Assembly (NCBI GenBank): GCA_951406725.2
Contig: OX597827.1
Span: forward strand, 43,090,001 to 43,154,000
Direction of reading: 5' to 3'
Source of the DNA: Octopus vulgaris
Lineage: Eukaryota
Length of the DNA stretch: 64,000 nucleotides
The notes under the pieces were generated by a model, which had not been told where the DNA came from, searched no databases, and saw only the letters and a list, made by a program, of their open reading frames with translations. Below, piece by piece: positions 1 through 13,047 of the stretch. Position 1 is the stretch's first letter. Each line of letters opens with the position of its first letter. The position numbers and the translations under genes are program-made.

Positions 1-397
1 TGCTTGAGCGACGACCTCTTGCAGGTTCTCTCGAATTGTTGGATCTGTATACGTTCGTATTTCGATGTGTGAGTGTGTGTGTGTATTCTTGCTATGAGTA
101 TGTCGTGCTTAATATATAATAAATACAATTTGCTGTCGTGATTGGATACCAATTTGTGTGTGTTCATATATATATATATATATATTTGAAAGAAATTCCC
201 GCTCAGTGTGAATCATACGGTTGCGAAAACCTCAATCACACAGCTATATATATATATATATAATCAAAGGACATAGTAAGTATGTCAACCTGCGAGAAAT
301 AACAGTCAAAACTCTTATTTAAATCGCCAAAATAACACTGATGATAAGCTACAGAAATCAACCGAAGGCAGATCAGGTTAATAAAATCTACACACAC

Positions 398-437
<40 letters not shown>

Positions 438-440
<3 letters not shown>

Positions 441-613
441 GGTCCCGGGTTGAGTCGGGGTTAACCACAGTAAATAAGGTACTCAATACATAGCAGAGTA
501 AATTAATTTATTTTATAGAAGGAGCTTCTACAGGACTAGAACTGTTTCATTCCTGATGATTTCATTTGAATGAAACAGTTCTAGTCCTGTAGAAGCTCCT
601 TCTATATAATAAA
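438..613. mobile_element. Penelope-like element terminal-repeat remnant in inverted (palindromic) arrangement with a hammerhead core
   Basis: Perfect 39-bp inverted repeat (514-552 / 568-606) with a 15-nt centre, inserted in (TA)n. Contains CTGATGA (553-559)...GAAAC (572-576)...GTA (589-591). Confidence 0.65.
550..594 (+). ncRNA. Hammerhead ribozyme motif (type I, truncated stem I)
   Basis: TTC-CTGATGA-t-TTC(attt)GAA-t-GAA-ACAG(ttctagtc)CTGT-A^GAA. All three stems and the core are present, but stem I is only 3 bp. Confidence 0.6.
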
Positions 614-893
614 TATATATATATATATATGACTGCGTATACTTGAAGAACCTCGACAATACGAATTGTTTAAAAATACAGCTTATTCATTGCTATTAAA
701 AAAGAATTCCTATTGTCATGGTGGTGGTGGTGGTGGTTGTAGTGGTGGTAGTAGTAGTAGTAGTAGTAGTCACCAAGTTGTTGTTGTTGTTGTTTTAGCT
801 CCAGGTCAATCTAGAACGAGCCAGAGGGACGACCTCTCTTACGATCGCTGGATTTCCGCTCGTGTCTTCCTATTTTCCAGACATCTGAATGCA

Positions 894-925
<32 letters not shown>

Positions 926-1805
926 GGACTACATTATTTGCGAGTTGTTTCTTCTTCTTCTTCTTCTTCTTTGTTTAAGACTAGGATGTGATTTGTCGGG
1001 GAGTGGGGGGGGGGGTGGAGGCAAATTTGGCGGCTAGTTGCAGAGGCCATGGGATGGGGGCGTGATCCCTTAGGTTATAGTAGTGGTGGTGTTGGTGGTG
1101 GTGGTGGTGATTGTTGTGGTTATGTTTGTTGGTGCTTCTATATAGCTGTATAGTCAGTATTTGACGTTGGTAGTATCAGTAGTAGTAGTGGAGTGGTGGT
1201 GGTGGTGGTGGTGGTGGTGGTAGTAGTTGTGTGATGGTATACTATTAATGGTCGGCTGTGTTTTTTAATCGTTACTCATTAAAGTGTTTTCCGCCAAGTG
1301 GAAGCAATTCCAGAGAGAGAGAGAGAGAGAGAAAGTGAGAGGATGAGAGAGAGAGAGGAGGGGGAAGGAAGAGAAAGAAAAAGAAAAAGGATAAGGGGGA
1401 GGAAAGGGTGAGGGAGAGAGAGAGTGGTGAGAGATTCGCAGCAAAGTAGGACGAACTCAGTATGTGAAAGAAGGGTTTGTTTACGTTAAGATTTGGAGAA
1501 GGAGGGTCTCTCCCCCTCCCTCTGTGTGCGCGCGCGCGTGTGTGTATATATATATATTATATATATATATACACACACACTTGGTGTGTTTATATTTTCA
1601 GGTCGTATGTTGTGTACGCATGTTATATATATATATATATATTATATATATTGGAGCTGAGCAGTGTACGAAACTCTCGGCCACTGAGTAACTTATATAC
1701 GCTTTCTGCTGAATATATGCACACACACACACTTGTATACATACATATATGCATATACATTAGTGTAGCATCTTAATTAGATGTATAAAGAGTACAAACT
1801 GTGTA

Positions 1806-1859
<54 letters not shown>

Positions 1860-2959
1860 TATATATGTATATATATATATACTATATATGTATATATATA
1901 TATACTATATATGTATATATACATACATGTATATGAGGAAATACACATATACAGGCACACGACCTCCATCTCTTCATCTGTCTTTTCTCCTGAAAATCTG
2001 TGTTGAGATGTGGCTATGAGGAAGCCCTTCTCGGTTTCAAACTCTCTGGCAGTCTCTCTCTTGTAATTTTTTTCGTTGATGGGAGAATGCGAAGACGAGG
2101 AAGAAATCCCACTCACTCTTCTAATGCTGACCTCGTTCTCCCACTATGAACGTGACACCGTTGTGTCTGTGTGGTGATCAGGTTCGTCCAAAATATCCGC
2201 GGTTATTCATTCTTCTGCCAAAGCAGAGCTTGCCGTCGCGAGTTCGAATCAGCCCTGTTTTTCCTTAATTATCAGTTTTATTTCATCGAAGTTTTGTGGA
2301 ACTGCATAGATGCTATTTAATAAAAATAATAAAAAAAAATAATGGTTGTAATAAATATCTTTTGGATTGTAAAAAAATCTAAAGTCCTGTCTGTCTGTCC
2401 CCTTATTTTGAGGGTCACCCACAACGCATCGTCTTTAATATTTAGGGTGTTAGAACATCCCGTTGTCACTATCACAACCACCATCTCCGCCAACACCACC
2501 ACCACTGGTCCTGTCTTGAACCTATTTAATCTTCTAAGTAGTCATTCGACTTACTAGAAATAGCAGTTACATTTCCCTATGACAACACAGTACACTTAGG
2601 GGGGGAAAAACGGCCGCATTGGATGAACGTGGTCGTAGACACTGTGCGCGCGTGTGTGTGAGTGTGTGTAAAACAGTTCGACTGAGGTGGTCACCCTGGG
2701 AACGACTATAACCATAAAGTATCCATCTCGTAGTTAAACAACAGCAGCAAGGCATTCTGCAGTAGGACTGAAGTAAAATGAAAAGCTTGGGAAGTAATCA
2801 ACGGCCGTTTTACTGTTAGATATATGGCGCTAGTGAAATCCAAACACCCAGTCCTCGGTGATGCAGTAAGATTGATAATGTAATGAATAATAAATAGAAT
2901 GCGAGGAATTTGCAGCAAATCCTGTCAGTTGGTATTTCGTGAGATTCTGGTGAAGCTGG

Positions 2960-2990
<31 letters not shown>

Positions 2991-3094
2991 ATTCCGTGGA
3001 GGAGTGGACTGGCATGAACGCCAAAGCATCTCATCCTTACAACTCTCGCTATACACACATGCAGGCGCGCGCGTGCGTTTATATATATATTTTG

Positions 3095-3395
3095 TCTTTC
3101 ACTTGTTTCAGTCATTAGACTGCGGCCATGCTGGAGCACACTGTCTTGAAGAATTTTTAGTCGAATCGACTGTAGTGTTTATGTTATGTTTTAAACCTCA
3201 CACTTATTTTGTCGGTCTGTTTTGTCGAACCGCTAGATTACCGGGGGACGTAAAGACGCCAAAAAAGCACGCATACACACACATATATATAAGACGGACT
3301 TCTTTCAGTTTCCGTCTACCAAATTCTCTCAAGGTTTTGGTCGGCTCGACGCTATAGTAGAAGAAGACACTTGCCCAAGGTGTCACGGTGTGACA
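3095..3395 (-). mobile_element. SINE family B, partial copy
   Basis: Reverse complement of the family B body and tail (...ccagcatggccgcagtc...tgactgaaacaag) seen at 37553-37950. Confidence 0.75.
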
Positions 3396-4053
3396 CATGT
3401 ACGTATGCATGTGTGCGCGTGTGTGTGTGTTGCGCTTATTGGACGAAATCGATATTTTGACGACAGTCACCGCCCCACCCCCCCACCCCATTGTCCCCGT
3501 GAGGTGCAATGAAATGTACGCGGATTTAACCCTCGGCAGCTGCTGATCGAGTCGAAACATTCCTGTCGTGACCAACCTGTCTTTAGCTTTTTTTTTATTA
3601 TTTTGACGAAGGGAAGTTGTGTGGGTAAATAAACGTGTACCAATATCGAAGGATTGCCTTTGTTTTTCTTTTTTCTTTTCTTTTTCTAACTCTGGAATAC
3701 ATCAACAACTGTTCTTTCATTTTTTAAATGCTCGTGTATACATTATAGTTGGAGAGCAATTTGACTGCTATTTCTAGCATTAGCTGGACAAGGGCCTTCT
3801 CTCGTAGGTTTATGGGTCTGTATGTTTTTGTATTGGTGTGTTTCTTTTACATATTAAGTCTTGGGAGCCACTTAGTTCGACTAAAGGCGGTGCCCCAGCA
3901 TGGCCGCAATCAAATGCCTGAGACAAATAAAAGAATATATATATATATGTATATATATGCTTGTGTGCGTTAGGAAAAGGAAACGAAACTCGTGACTCCC
4001 GTTTCGATCAAACAGAGCAAGCAAAATAATAATGATAATAATAATAAATAATT

Positions 4054-4085
<32 letters not shown>

Positions 4086-4851
4086 GATAACGAGAAGAAA
4101 AAAAACGAAGAGGTCCGTGATGGAGGAATGGTGTGAGGTAGCGTTAGAAATTGATGTTGAAGTGCTGTAGTGGGAGGAAGATTTTCTTCGCTTCTGTTTG
4201 TGGTGTTGTTGTTGTTGTTGCTGCTGGTGGTGGTGGTGGCGTCGCTTTTCCAAATAAACACACAAGGCGAGGCTTGGAAGAGGAGAATGCAGTTGTCGTT
4301 TTTCCTTTTCCTTTTCCTTTTTTTTATCCATTCTTTTTCTCTTCAGCCAGCCCTTGGCCAGTCCTCGATTGAGTAAAATGAACACATTGATAGGGGGGAA
4401 GACGTTCCAGCTGTGACCATCCTTTCTTTCTTTCTTCTACTTGCAAAATAGTAGGATAGTGGTGGTGGTGGTGGTGGTTGTGGTGGTGTCTTCGGTCCCA
4501 CCCACCGCCCATCTCTCTGTTTCTCTAGGAAATGATAACCTTAGTGCAAGTTAGGAAAAAAAAAAACTAAGAAAAAAATAAAAACAAAAACAACAAAAAA
4601 AAAAAAACGTTGACGGCCTGCGGATTCGAAACCGGATCGCCTGCGAAACTACAACTACCCACTTGACCTGCCCTTCGCAACTGTCTCATGAAATTAATAT
4701 GTAAAATGAAATTTAAAAAAAACAAAAGCAAAGGCGGCTTTAAAAAATTTCAACACTTGTTACTTTTTATAAGTTACTTCTCTAACGGTACATTTTCACC
4801 TGAGACTAGGAAACCAATCGCTTTCGTTCATATCTTTATAGTACACCTTGT

Positions 4852-5222
4852 GGAAGCGCAATGGCCCAGTGGTTAGGGCAGCGGACTCGCGCGGTCATAG
4901 GATCGCGGTTTCGATTCCCAGACCGGGCGTTGTGAGTGTTTATTGAGCGAAAACACCTGAAGCTCCACGCGGCTCCGGCAGGGGATGGTGGTGATCCCTG
5001 TTGTACTCTTTCACCACAACTTTCTCTCACTCTTACTTCCTGTTTCTGTTGTACCTGTATTTCAAAGGGCCGGCCTTGTCACTCTCTGTGTCACGCTGAA
5101 AATCCCCGAGAACTACATTAAGGGTACACGTGTCTGTGGAGTGCTCAGCCACTTACACGTTAATTTCACGAGCAGGCTGTTCCGTTGATTCGGATCAACC
5201 GGAACCCTCGTCGTCGTAACCT
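4852..5222 (+). mobile_element. tRNA-derived SINE family C, near-complete, with target-site duplication
   Basis: A-box TGGCCCAGTGG and B-box GGTTTCGATTCC. Direct repeat TAGTACACCTT at 4839-4849 and 5223-5233. A homologous copy lies at 42261-42616. Confidence 0.88.
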
Positions 5223-5273
5223 TAGTACACCTTAGCTTCAACGCAAAAAAAAAAAAAACGTAAACCTTTCGTT

Positions 5274-5800
5274 CTGGCAGGCGTGGTGGCTGTGTGGTAA
5301 AAAAATCGCTTCTCAGTCACATGGTTCCGGGTTCAGTCCCCCCCCCCACATAGCACCCTGGGCAAGCGTCGTCTTTTCTATCGTAGCTCCGGACCAGCCA
5401 GAGCCCCGAGCCCCTGCGAGCGGATCTGATAGACGGGGGAACTATGCGTTGGCAGAAACGTTAGCACGCCGGGCGAACTGCTTAGGGGTATTTCGTTCGC
5501 CGCTGCGTTTCTGAGTTCAAATTCCGCCGAGGTCGACTTTGCCTTTCATCCTTTCGGGGTCGATAAATTAAGTACCAGTTACGCACTGGGGTCGATGTAG
5601 TCGACTTAATCCGTTTGTCTGTCCTTGTTTGTCCCCTCTGTGTTTAGCCCCTTGTGGGTAGTAAAGAAATAGTTTGTGTTGTTTGCGTTTTGCACCCCGC
5701 CCTCCCCCCACACCGTTTGATTGACAATCGGCGTTCGTTTGTTTACGTCCCCGTAACTTAGCGGTTCGGGAAAAAGTTACCGATAGAATTAAGTACCGAG
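5274..5800 (+). mobile_element. SINE family B copy interrupted by a family A SINE (about 5450-5671)
   Basis: Family B head (ggcgtggtggctgtgtggtaa...ggttcagtccc), then a family A body, then the family B 3' part resumes (tttacgtccccgtaacttagcggttcgg). Confidence 0.75.
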
Positions 5801-5894
5801 CAAAAAATAAGTAGATAGATAAGATGATGGGAATAATAAATGATTAAAGGAGCCGATGCCTCTGTATGACAACAGTACGGAGAGTGAAACAAAT

Positions 5895-6078
5895 ACAAGC
5901 GTGACTGTGTGATAAGAAGCTTGCTTTCCAACCACATGGTTCTAGGTTCAGTTCCACTGCGTGGTACCTTGGGTAAGCGTCTTACACTATTGCTTCGGGC
6001 TAACCAGATCCTTGTAAGTGGATCGGGTAAACGTAAACCGAAAGAAACTCATCGTGGCAATCCTTCGATACCCCGTCG

Positions 6079-6117
<39 letters not shown>

Positions 6118-6328
6118 TTGTTCCCCCCTCTAATCACCGCTTGACACTCAGTGTTGGTGTGTTTACGTCCCCGGATCTTAGCGGTTCGGCAAAAGAGGCC
6201 GATAGAATTGGTACTAGGCTTTAAAAGTAAGTCCTGGGGGTCGATTTGTTCGGCTAAAAAAAGCCTTCAAGGCGGTGCTCCAGCGTGGCCGCGGTCAAAT
6301 GACTGAAACCAGTAAATGACTAAAAGAA
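5895..6328 (+). mobile_element. SINE family B, full length, with internal (TA)n(TG)n
   Basis: Collinear with 37553-37950: tRNA-like head, internal microsatellite, and tail ggcggtgctccagcgtggccgcggtcaaatgactgaaac. Confidence 0.85.
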
Positions 6329-6582
6329 TATTTACGTGTGCGTACGTGTTTTGTTTACATACATAGGAAAGAATATTTTTTTTTTCAGTTCTTAAGACAT
6401 CGGTCGCTGGTTCGTCCACTCTGTTGCTAAATAAAATTGCTAAATTCTTCGATTGATAAAAACGCTTCAACGAACGTGCGCGTGTGTGTGCCTCGACATG
6501 TGCGTGGACTTGTGACCAGGCAACTAAGCACGTTTGTTGTTTACATTCCGAAGTTCAGACCCTCATATAACTACCGTCTGTA

Positions 6583-6814
6583 AAGGCGGCGAGCTGGCAG
6601 AAACGTTAGCACGCCGGGCGAAATTCGTAGCCGTATTTCGTCTGTCGTTGCGTTCCGAGTTCAAATTCCGCCGAGGTCGACTTTGCCTTTCATCCTTTCG
6701 CGGTCGATAAATTAAGTACCAGTTACGCACTGGGATCGATGTAATCGACTTAATCCCTTTGTCTGTCCTTGTTTGTCCCCTCTGTGTTTAGCCCCTTGTG
6801 GGTAGTAAAGAAAT
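6583..6814 (+). mobile_element. SINE family A, full length, with 18-bp target-site duplication
   Basis: aaggcggcgagctggcagaaacgttagc...gagttcaaattccgccgagg...gtagtaaagaaat, flanked by ATATAACT(A/G)CCGTCTGTA at 6565-6582 and 6815-6832. Confidence 0.9.
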
Positions 6815-7189
6815 ATATAACTGCCGTCTGTATCTTGCAGCCTCACTCTATCTAAGTCTGTGCAAACCTGCTAAAATAAATAAATAAATACCAGTAATAT
6901 CAACGTGTAGCATTTGTTGTGCCATTCTAAGGAATGTATTGTTTGAAAAAAAATTTTTTTTTTTAAAATTATTACTATTTTAAAGGTAGAATCTTTATTT
7001 AGTACTAGTCCAAATACCGCTCAAGTACCAGTTATACACAAGCTCCCACCCACAAAATTTCAAGCCTTGTGCATAGATATTAAGGAAAGACATTTCATTT
7101 TTACGTACTGTCCTTGTAATGTCTTCCTCAACAGATATGCCCCTGTGGCAAATATGGGGCCAGCAGTTTCTGACGAGAGGAGGAAGATT

Positions 7190-7358
7190 GCATTGACCCC
7201 TAGTAAACTGGACTTGGTTAACTTATTTAATCCACGTCGAAGGGATAAAAAAGGCTAAGTCGAATTCAACGGAATTCGAACTCCGAGCACAAAGACGGAC
7301 GAAATGCCGCTAAGCATTTTGTCCGGCGTGCTAAAAAGACTTCTGCCAGCTCATCGCC

Positions 7359-7399
<41 letters not shown>

Positions 7400-7496
7400 T
7401 ATAATAATAATGATAATAATAATGGGAATAATAATAATGGGCTTCGTATATTTTACCCCAGTGTCACTTTGATGGCATGTACTGCTCTCTCACTCA

Positions 7497-7534
<38 letters not shown>

Positions 7535-7747
7535 CCTTTCTGCTGTAAGGCACAGGACCTGAAATTTTTTGGGAGGGGGTAAGTCGAGGTTACATCGACC
7601 CCCAGTTCTTTCTTGATCGACTTCGTAAGGATGAAAGAAAGGTCAAGTCAACGTCGGCGGAATTTGAACTCAGAACAAATAAGACGGACGAAGAAATGTC
7701 GTTATTTAGGCGACGTGCTAACGATGTCGCAGACTCCCGCTTGCCTT
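7190..7747 (-). mobile_element. Two diverged family A SINE copies separated by (AAT)n
   Basis: Reverse-complement matches to family A (ggcggaatttgaactcagaac...ctgccagctc..cgcctt). Confidence 0.7.
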
Positions 7748-8471
7748 AATAAATAAATAACAATGATGATGACGATGTTTTTTGTTTTTTTTATTATTTT
7801 CTTATTAACTGGTAAACGGTCGACGACGGCAACAACAACAATAATAATGATGATGATGATGATGGTGGTGGTGATGATGATGATGAAATGCAAACATAAT
7901 TCAAATTAGCGAACTTTGCAAATTGAGTTAACAAGTCTTTGAAGGAAGGGATATTTTTGTTCGACGCTAACGAACGCGTTTGTCATTATCATTGGGCCAG
8001 CGATATATCCAAAGGCACAATGTTCGGTGATGCGGATACTGGATTTCGTAAACATTAAAGGTGGTTGGGGAGAGAGAGAGAGAGAGAGGTGGGGTTGCAT
8101 GGGTGGGTGTGGCAGCGGCGGCAGCAGCAGTGACAGTCGCGACTACTAAACTTACAAACGGTAACAACAACGACCAATCTAACCTTCCTTTTACGTGGTT
8201 ACTCGATCTGCTAGAAATAGCAGCCAGTAATCAGATCGCCTTTAAAAATGAATAACACTGCCCGCGCCGCCCATCGTCTTGAGAATTTTATCAGAGAGAG
8301 GGAAATGCACTTGTGTGTGTGTGTGCTAGGTAATAAACTCTGTCTGAAGACAACAAAAATAAAACAGACGAGTTGGTCATGGCTGGGATGGAATGTCGAT
8401 GATCCATCATATCTGCTCATTTATAGCTGCTTATCCACGGCTTCAAAACGGCAACGATAACAATTACAATA

Positions 8472-8638
8472 CTACGTTCTGAGTTCAAATTCCGCCGAAG
8501 TCAACTTTGCCTTTCATCCTTTCGGGGTCGATAAATAAAGTACCAGTTTCGCACTGGGGTCGATGTAATCGACTTAATCCCTTTGTCTGTCCCTGTTTGT
8601 CCCCTCTGTGTTTAGCCCCTTGTGGGCAGTAAAGAAAT
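8472..8638 (+). mobile_element. SINE family A, 5'-truncated
   Basis: Near-identical to 6652-6814. Confidence 0.85.
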
Positions 8639-8675
8639 ATATATCGTATACAAGATAGATAGACGGATGGATAGT

Positions 8676-8723
<48 letters not shown>

Positions 8724-9312
8724 GAGGTGTATGTATGTATGTATGTAGGTTGGTATATTATGTATGCGTATCCACACATATATTCACATACATATGCATG
8801 TGTGTATGTATGTATATTAATGACTCCAGCGCACTGCCAACCGTCGAACCAACCGTCATGCCAGCTAACCAACTTTCTAGCCAACCAAAAAAAAGCTCGA
8901 GATCGCTCTCCCTCCCTCCCTCTCTTTCATACACAGACATACACACGCACACGCGCGTGCACGCATACACACACATACATCTGTGATTAGCTTTCTCTCT
9001 CTCTCTCTCTCCTCTTAATTCTTTCTCTTCATACTCATTACTCACACACACCACTCTCACTGTCTTTCTCTTGACACATTACACTATCACCCTCTCTCTC
9101 TCTCACCCCTCTCTTATTGTGTTACATCCAGTCTCTCTCTCTTCTGTATTATTCTGACGAACACAGCCGTTCTCTCACAGTGACACATGTACACTCTGTC
9201 AGTCTGTGTGTCTGTCTGACTGTCTGTGTCTCTCTTCCTCTCTTCATCTCTGTTATAATGACACATGCAGACACACACACCCTCCCTCTCTCTCTCTCGC
9301 TTTCATTCTCTG

Positions 9313-9346
<34 letters not shown>

Positions 9347-9509
9347 AAACGAATGACACATTCTGCTGTCTTTCTTACCACGTCGTCATCATCATCATCT
9401 CTCTCTCTTCTCTCTCTCATACCCCATATTCATACACACACATTCACATCGTCCTTCTTTCTCCCACTGACACTAAAAGGCCTGGACCCATTTATTTTGT
9501 GACAGTTCA

Positions 9510-9552
<43 letters not shown>

Positions 9553-9819
9553 CATACGCACCCACACGTATGTGTGTGCACCAAAAGGAACTTGTCACAG
9601 AAAACTTTTCAGAGCGCCTGAATTTCTTTGTTAATGGTGGTTTGGTGGTGGCGATGCCAGCGCATGTATGATTGTTGTGACGGTGGTTGTCGGGTTAGTA
9701 GTAGTAATAGTGGTGGGGTTTATAGCTACTGTTGCGACTACTACTACTACTACATCTGCTACTGTTATTGTTGTTGTTCTTGTTACTTAGCCCCAGGTCA
9801 TCGGCGATCGAGTAAGACC

Positions 9820-9888
<69 letters not shown>

Positions 9889-9920
9889 ATATATACATAT
9901 ATATATATATATGTATATAT

Positions 9921-10003
<83 letters not shown>

Positions 10004-10683
10004 CCTCGCATGAGAAGAGATTGGACGTGGTCCTACACGCCCTCGAAACTCAAAGTCAAGCACGCGCACGAGGGGCACATGCGCGTATGATCGATCTAAG
10101 ACTCTCCAGCCGTGATCATCCCGTCTTTTTTTATTTATTTATTTTGCTGTTGTCCAATCTCATTGAGGATCAATTTTTTTAGTTACCTAGAAATTATGTT
10201 AAAAACTGCCGTTCAAACCTAAAAAGATCCCTCCCTCATGGATTCCCCCCCATCAATCACCAAATCCCAAACCATCCTTCGTTGTGTATTTGGCACAGGC
10301 GATAACGGCTTCCGAGAAAGAGATTTTTGGCTGCTATACTTAGAGGAAATTGTTGCCGTAGTAGTTGTGTTTACAGAATATAAAAAAGAGTTTATTATTA
10401 TTTTGAGGCGTGGGATACTTTACTGGTGGTTTTATGTTGTGTTTTGGGTGTTGACAATGTAGTAGAATGTTTGCGGTTTGTTTGTCAATGAATCCCAAGT
10501 CAACCTCGGTTGTGCAGACAGGCGCATGATCAAAGGTGTTTCAGGCACGACCATGCCGTCATATTATTTCCGTACATCTAGCACCGGACATTGTTTGATA
10601 TATCTTCCTTTCCGCCGCCGTTTTTTCTTTCCGAAGATAGGGGTGTGGTTTCAAGGAATTTTGGTCGAGCACGGTGGCTGTGT

Positions 10684-10718
<35 letters not shown>

Positions 10719-10910
10719 GGTAGTGGTGGTGGTAGTAGTAATGGTTGTGGTGGTGGTAGTGGTAGTAGTGGTGGTGGTGGTAGTGGTGGTGGTGGTAGTA
10801 GTGGTGGTGGTAGTAGTAGTAGTGGTGGTAGTAGTAGTGGTGGTGGTGGTAGTAGTGGTGGTGGTGGTAGTAGTGGTGGTAGTGGTAGTGGTAGTAGTAG
10901 TAGTGGTGGT
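10684..10910. repeat. Compound (GGT/AGT)n trinucleotide tract
   Basis: Directly visible. It is the source of the poly-T/V/G/S ORFs. Confidence 0.95.
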
Positions 10911-11422
10911 GTACTTGTTACTGTCGCACCTGTTGTTGCTAATTTTGATTGTTGACGATGGTGATGGTGGTGGTGGTGGTAATAAATGTGAAGATGAATA
11001 AATAAGCTCGGGTCGTAGCGGTGGCAGAACAGTCTTCGATCCACCCCAGCCCACCTCACCCGCAAAGGACCGCCCCCCAGCACCCCTAATATTTTTTACA
11101 AGCCTGTAGGATCCTTTTTTCCACGTCAACGTCGAGGAACTGGCGCTGTTTACATACACTCGCACACTCACTGTACACATATGTATGTGTGTGTCTTTGT
11201 AACTGTCCTCCACCACTGTCTTATAACCGGTGTCGGTTTGCTTACGTCCTAGTAACAGCGATTCTGCTAAAGGGACCCCAAGTGCTGGGATTCGATTTGC
11301 AGTGCCCCAGTATGACCACAGTTTTGCCACTGAAATAAGTACACACACTGTAGTCGATTCATTTGACTAAATTTCATCTAGGTGATGCCCCAGCATGGGC
11401 GCAATTTAATGACTGAAACAAA

Positions 11423-11471
<49 letters not shown>

Positions 11472-11531
11472 GGTGCCCCAGCATGGCCACAGCTCAAGAG
11501 CTGAAACTGGAAAACAAACATAAACAATATA

Positions 11532-11567
<36 letters not shown>

Positions 11568-11671
11568 TGTATGTATGTATGTGTGTGTATGTATGTATGT
11601 ATGTATGTATGTATGTATGTATGTGTGTATGTATGTATGTATGTGTGTATGTATGTGTGTATGTATATATA

Positions 11672-11887
11672 CAGCAGGAGTGACTGTGTGATAAGCTTGC
11701 TTCCAAACCACATGGTTCCGGGTTCAGTCTCACTCTGTGGCATCTTGGGCAAGTGTCTTCTGCTATAGCCTCGGGCCGACCAAACCCTTGAGGGGATTTG
11801 GTTGACGGAAACTGAAAGCTGCCCCCCCCCCCCGTAACTTAACGGTTCGGCAATAGAGACTGATAGAATAATCACTAGGCTTACAAA

Positions 11888-11890
<3 letters not shown>
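11672..11890 (+). mobile_element. SINE family B, internally deleted copy
   Basis: Head caggagtgactgtgtgataagcttgcttccaaaccacatggttccgggttcag joined to the 3' part gtaacttaacggttcggc. Confidence 0.8.
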
Positions 11891-11937
<47 letters not shown>

Positions 11938-12633
11938 TCATATATGTATGTATGTATGTATTTATGTATCTATGTATGTATCTATGTATGTATGTATGCA
12001 TGCATGTATGTATGTATGTATGTATGTATGTATACACACCATAAAAGTGAGTTTATGGCAGTGGTTATTTGCCAAACGAGGGGTTGGTAAAGGAGAAAGA
12101 AGGTCGATGGCAATTTCTTTTATTTATTTATTGTTTGTTGTTGTCTGTGAAATAATAAACAAATTCTTCCTTCTCTTTAGAAAACTCACCCTCGACCGAA
12201 TTTTGCTTTTCTTTTTCCGCGCGCCCCTATACTCCGTTTTCCCCCTCCCATCCTTTTTGCTCTTTCTCAAACACTATGTAACCCACCCACCCACCTTATC
12301 CATCCGTCCCTGTGCGGCTTCCCTTTTCTCTCTTCTTTATTTTCGTCTCTCTCTCTGTCCCCGTCTCTGTCTCTCTCCCTGTCTCCTCTTCGTTTCTTCT
12401 CCCTTATTTCGTCCCACTTCCTCGACTCGCAGAAAACAAGACTAGCCAAGAATTACTGAACAAAAATATACAAACATCACAACTTTCTGTCTCCCCTCCT
12501 CTCTGTGTACATACGTATATTTTATATATATATTTATATATATATTATATATATATATATATCTATATATATATAGTTGTATCTGTGTAGTTATATCTAT
12601 ATATATGTATAGTATATGTATCTAGTATATGTC

Positions 12634-12660
<27 letters not shown>

Positions 12661-12676
<16 letters not shown>

Positions 12677-13047
12677 GGCAGTTTGTCTGTGTGTGTTTCT
12701 GTGTGTCTGTTTGGTTGTACCCTCACCCTGACCACGGCTTTCAACCAATTCTGATGAAACTTGACACACACATAGCCCAATGTCATAATTCAAAACTAAC
12801 GCAGCGAAAATTTTGAAAAGTTCCCCCAGTTCTGAAAAAGATCAATAAATTCGACATGGGGTCGACAATCAGAAACACAAACCACAGATGGTCTAGGGGA
12901 CGCAATTCGACCTTTTTAACTATCAAAAAAAAAATTTACCATCATTTTTTTCCCCATTTTTTTTGCTATTTTTTGGCTATAACTCTCTAAAAATGCTTTA
13001 TAGTTATTTCCCTTACAAACCCGAGCAACGCCGGGCGATACTGCTAG
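12661..13047 (+). mobile_element. Non-autonomous Helitron
   Basis: 3' GC hairpin CCCGAGCAACGCCGGG (13020-13035) followed by terminal CTAG (13044-13047) then T. The last ~65 bp are shared with 41392-41901. The 5' end merges into (TA)n. Confidence 0.8.

Noticed and set aside
338-360. CTGATGA...GAAAT as a fifth hammerhead
   Set aside because: No convincing stem II, stem III or stem I. The CTGATGAAAC at 12751 inside the Helitron also lacks the stems.
1859-2116. Minus-strand ORF (SGISSSSSHSPINEKNYKRE...) as an exon of an antisense gene
   Set aside because: There is an in-frame stop just upstream, it runs into a TA microsatellite, and it has no recognisable domain or clean splice sites.
4852-4930. 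Functional tRNA gene
   Set aside because: A and B boxes are present but there is no proper acceptor stem. It continues into a multi-copy SINE body with TSDs. The same holds for the other tRNA-like heads.
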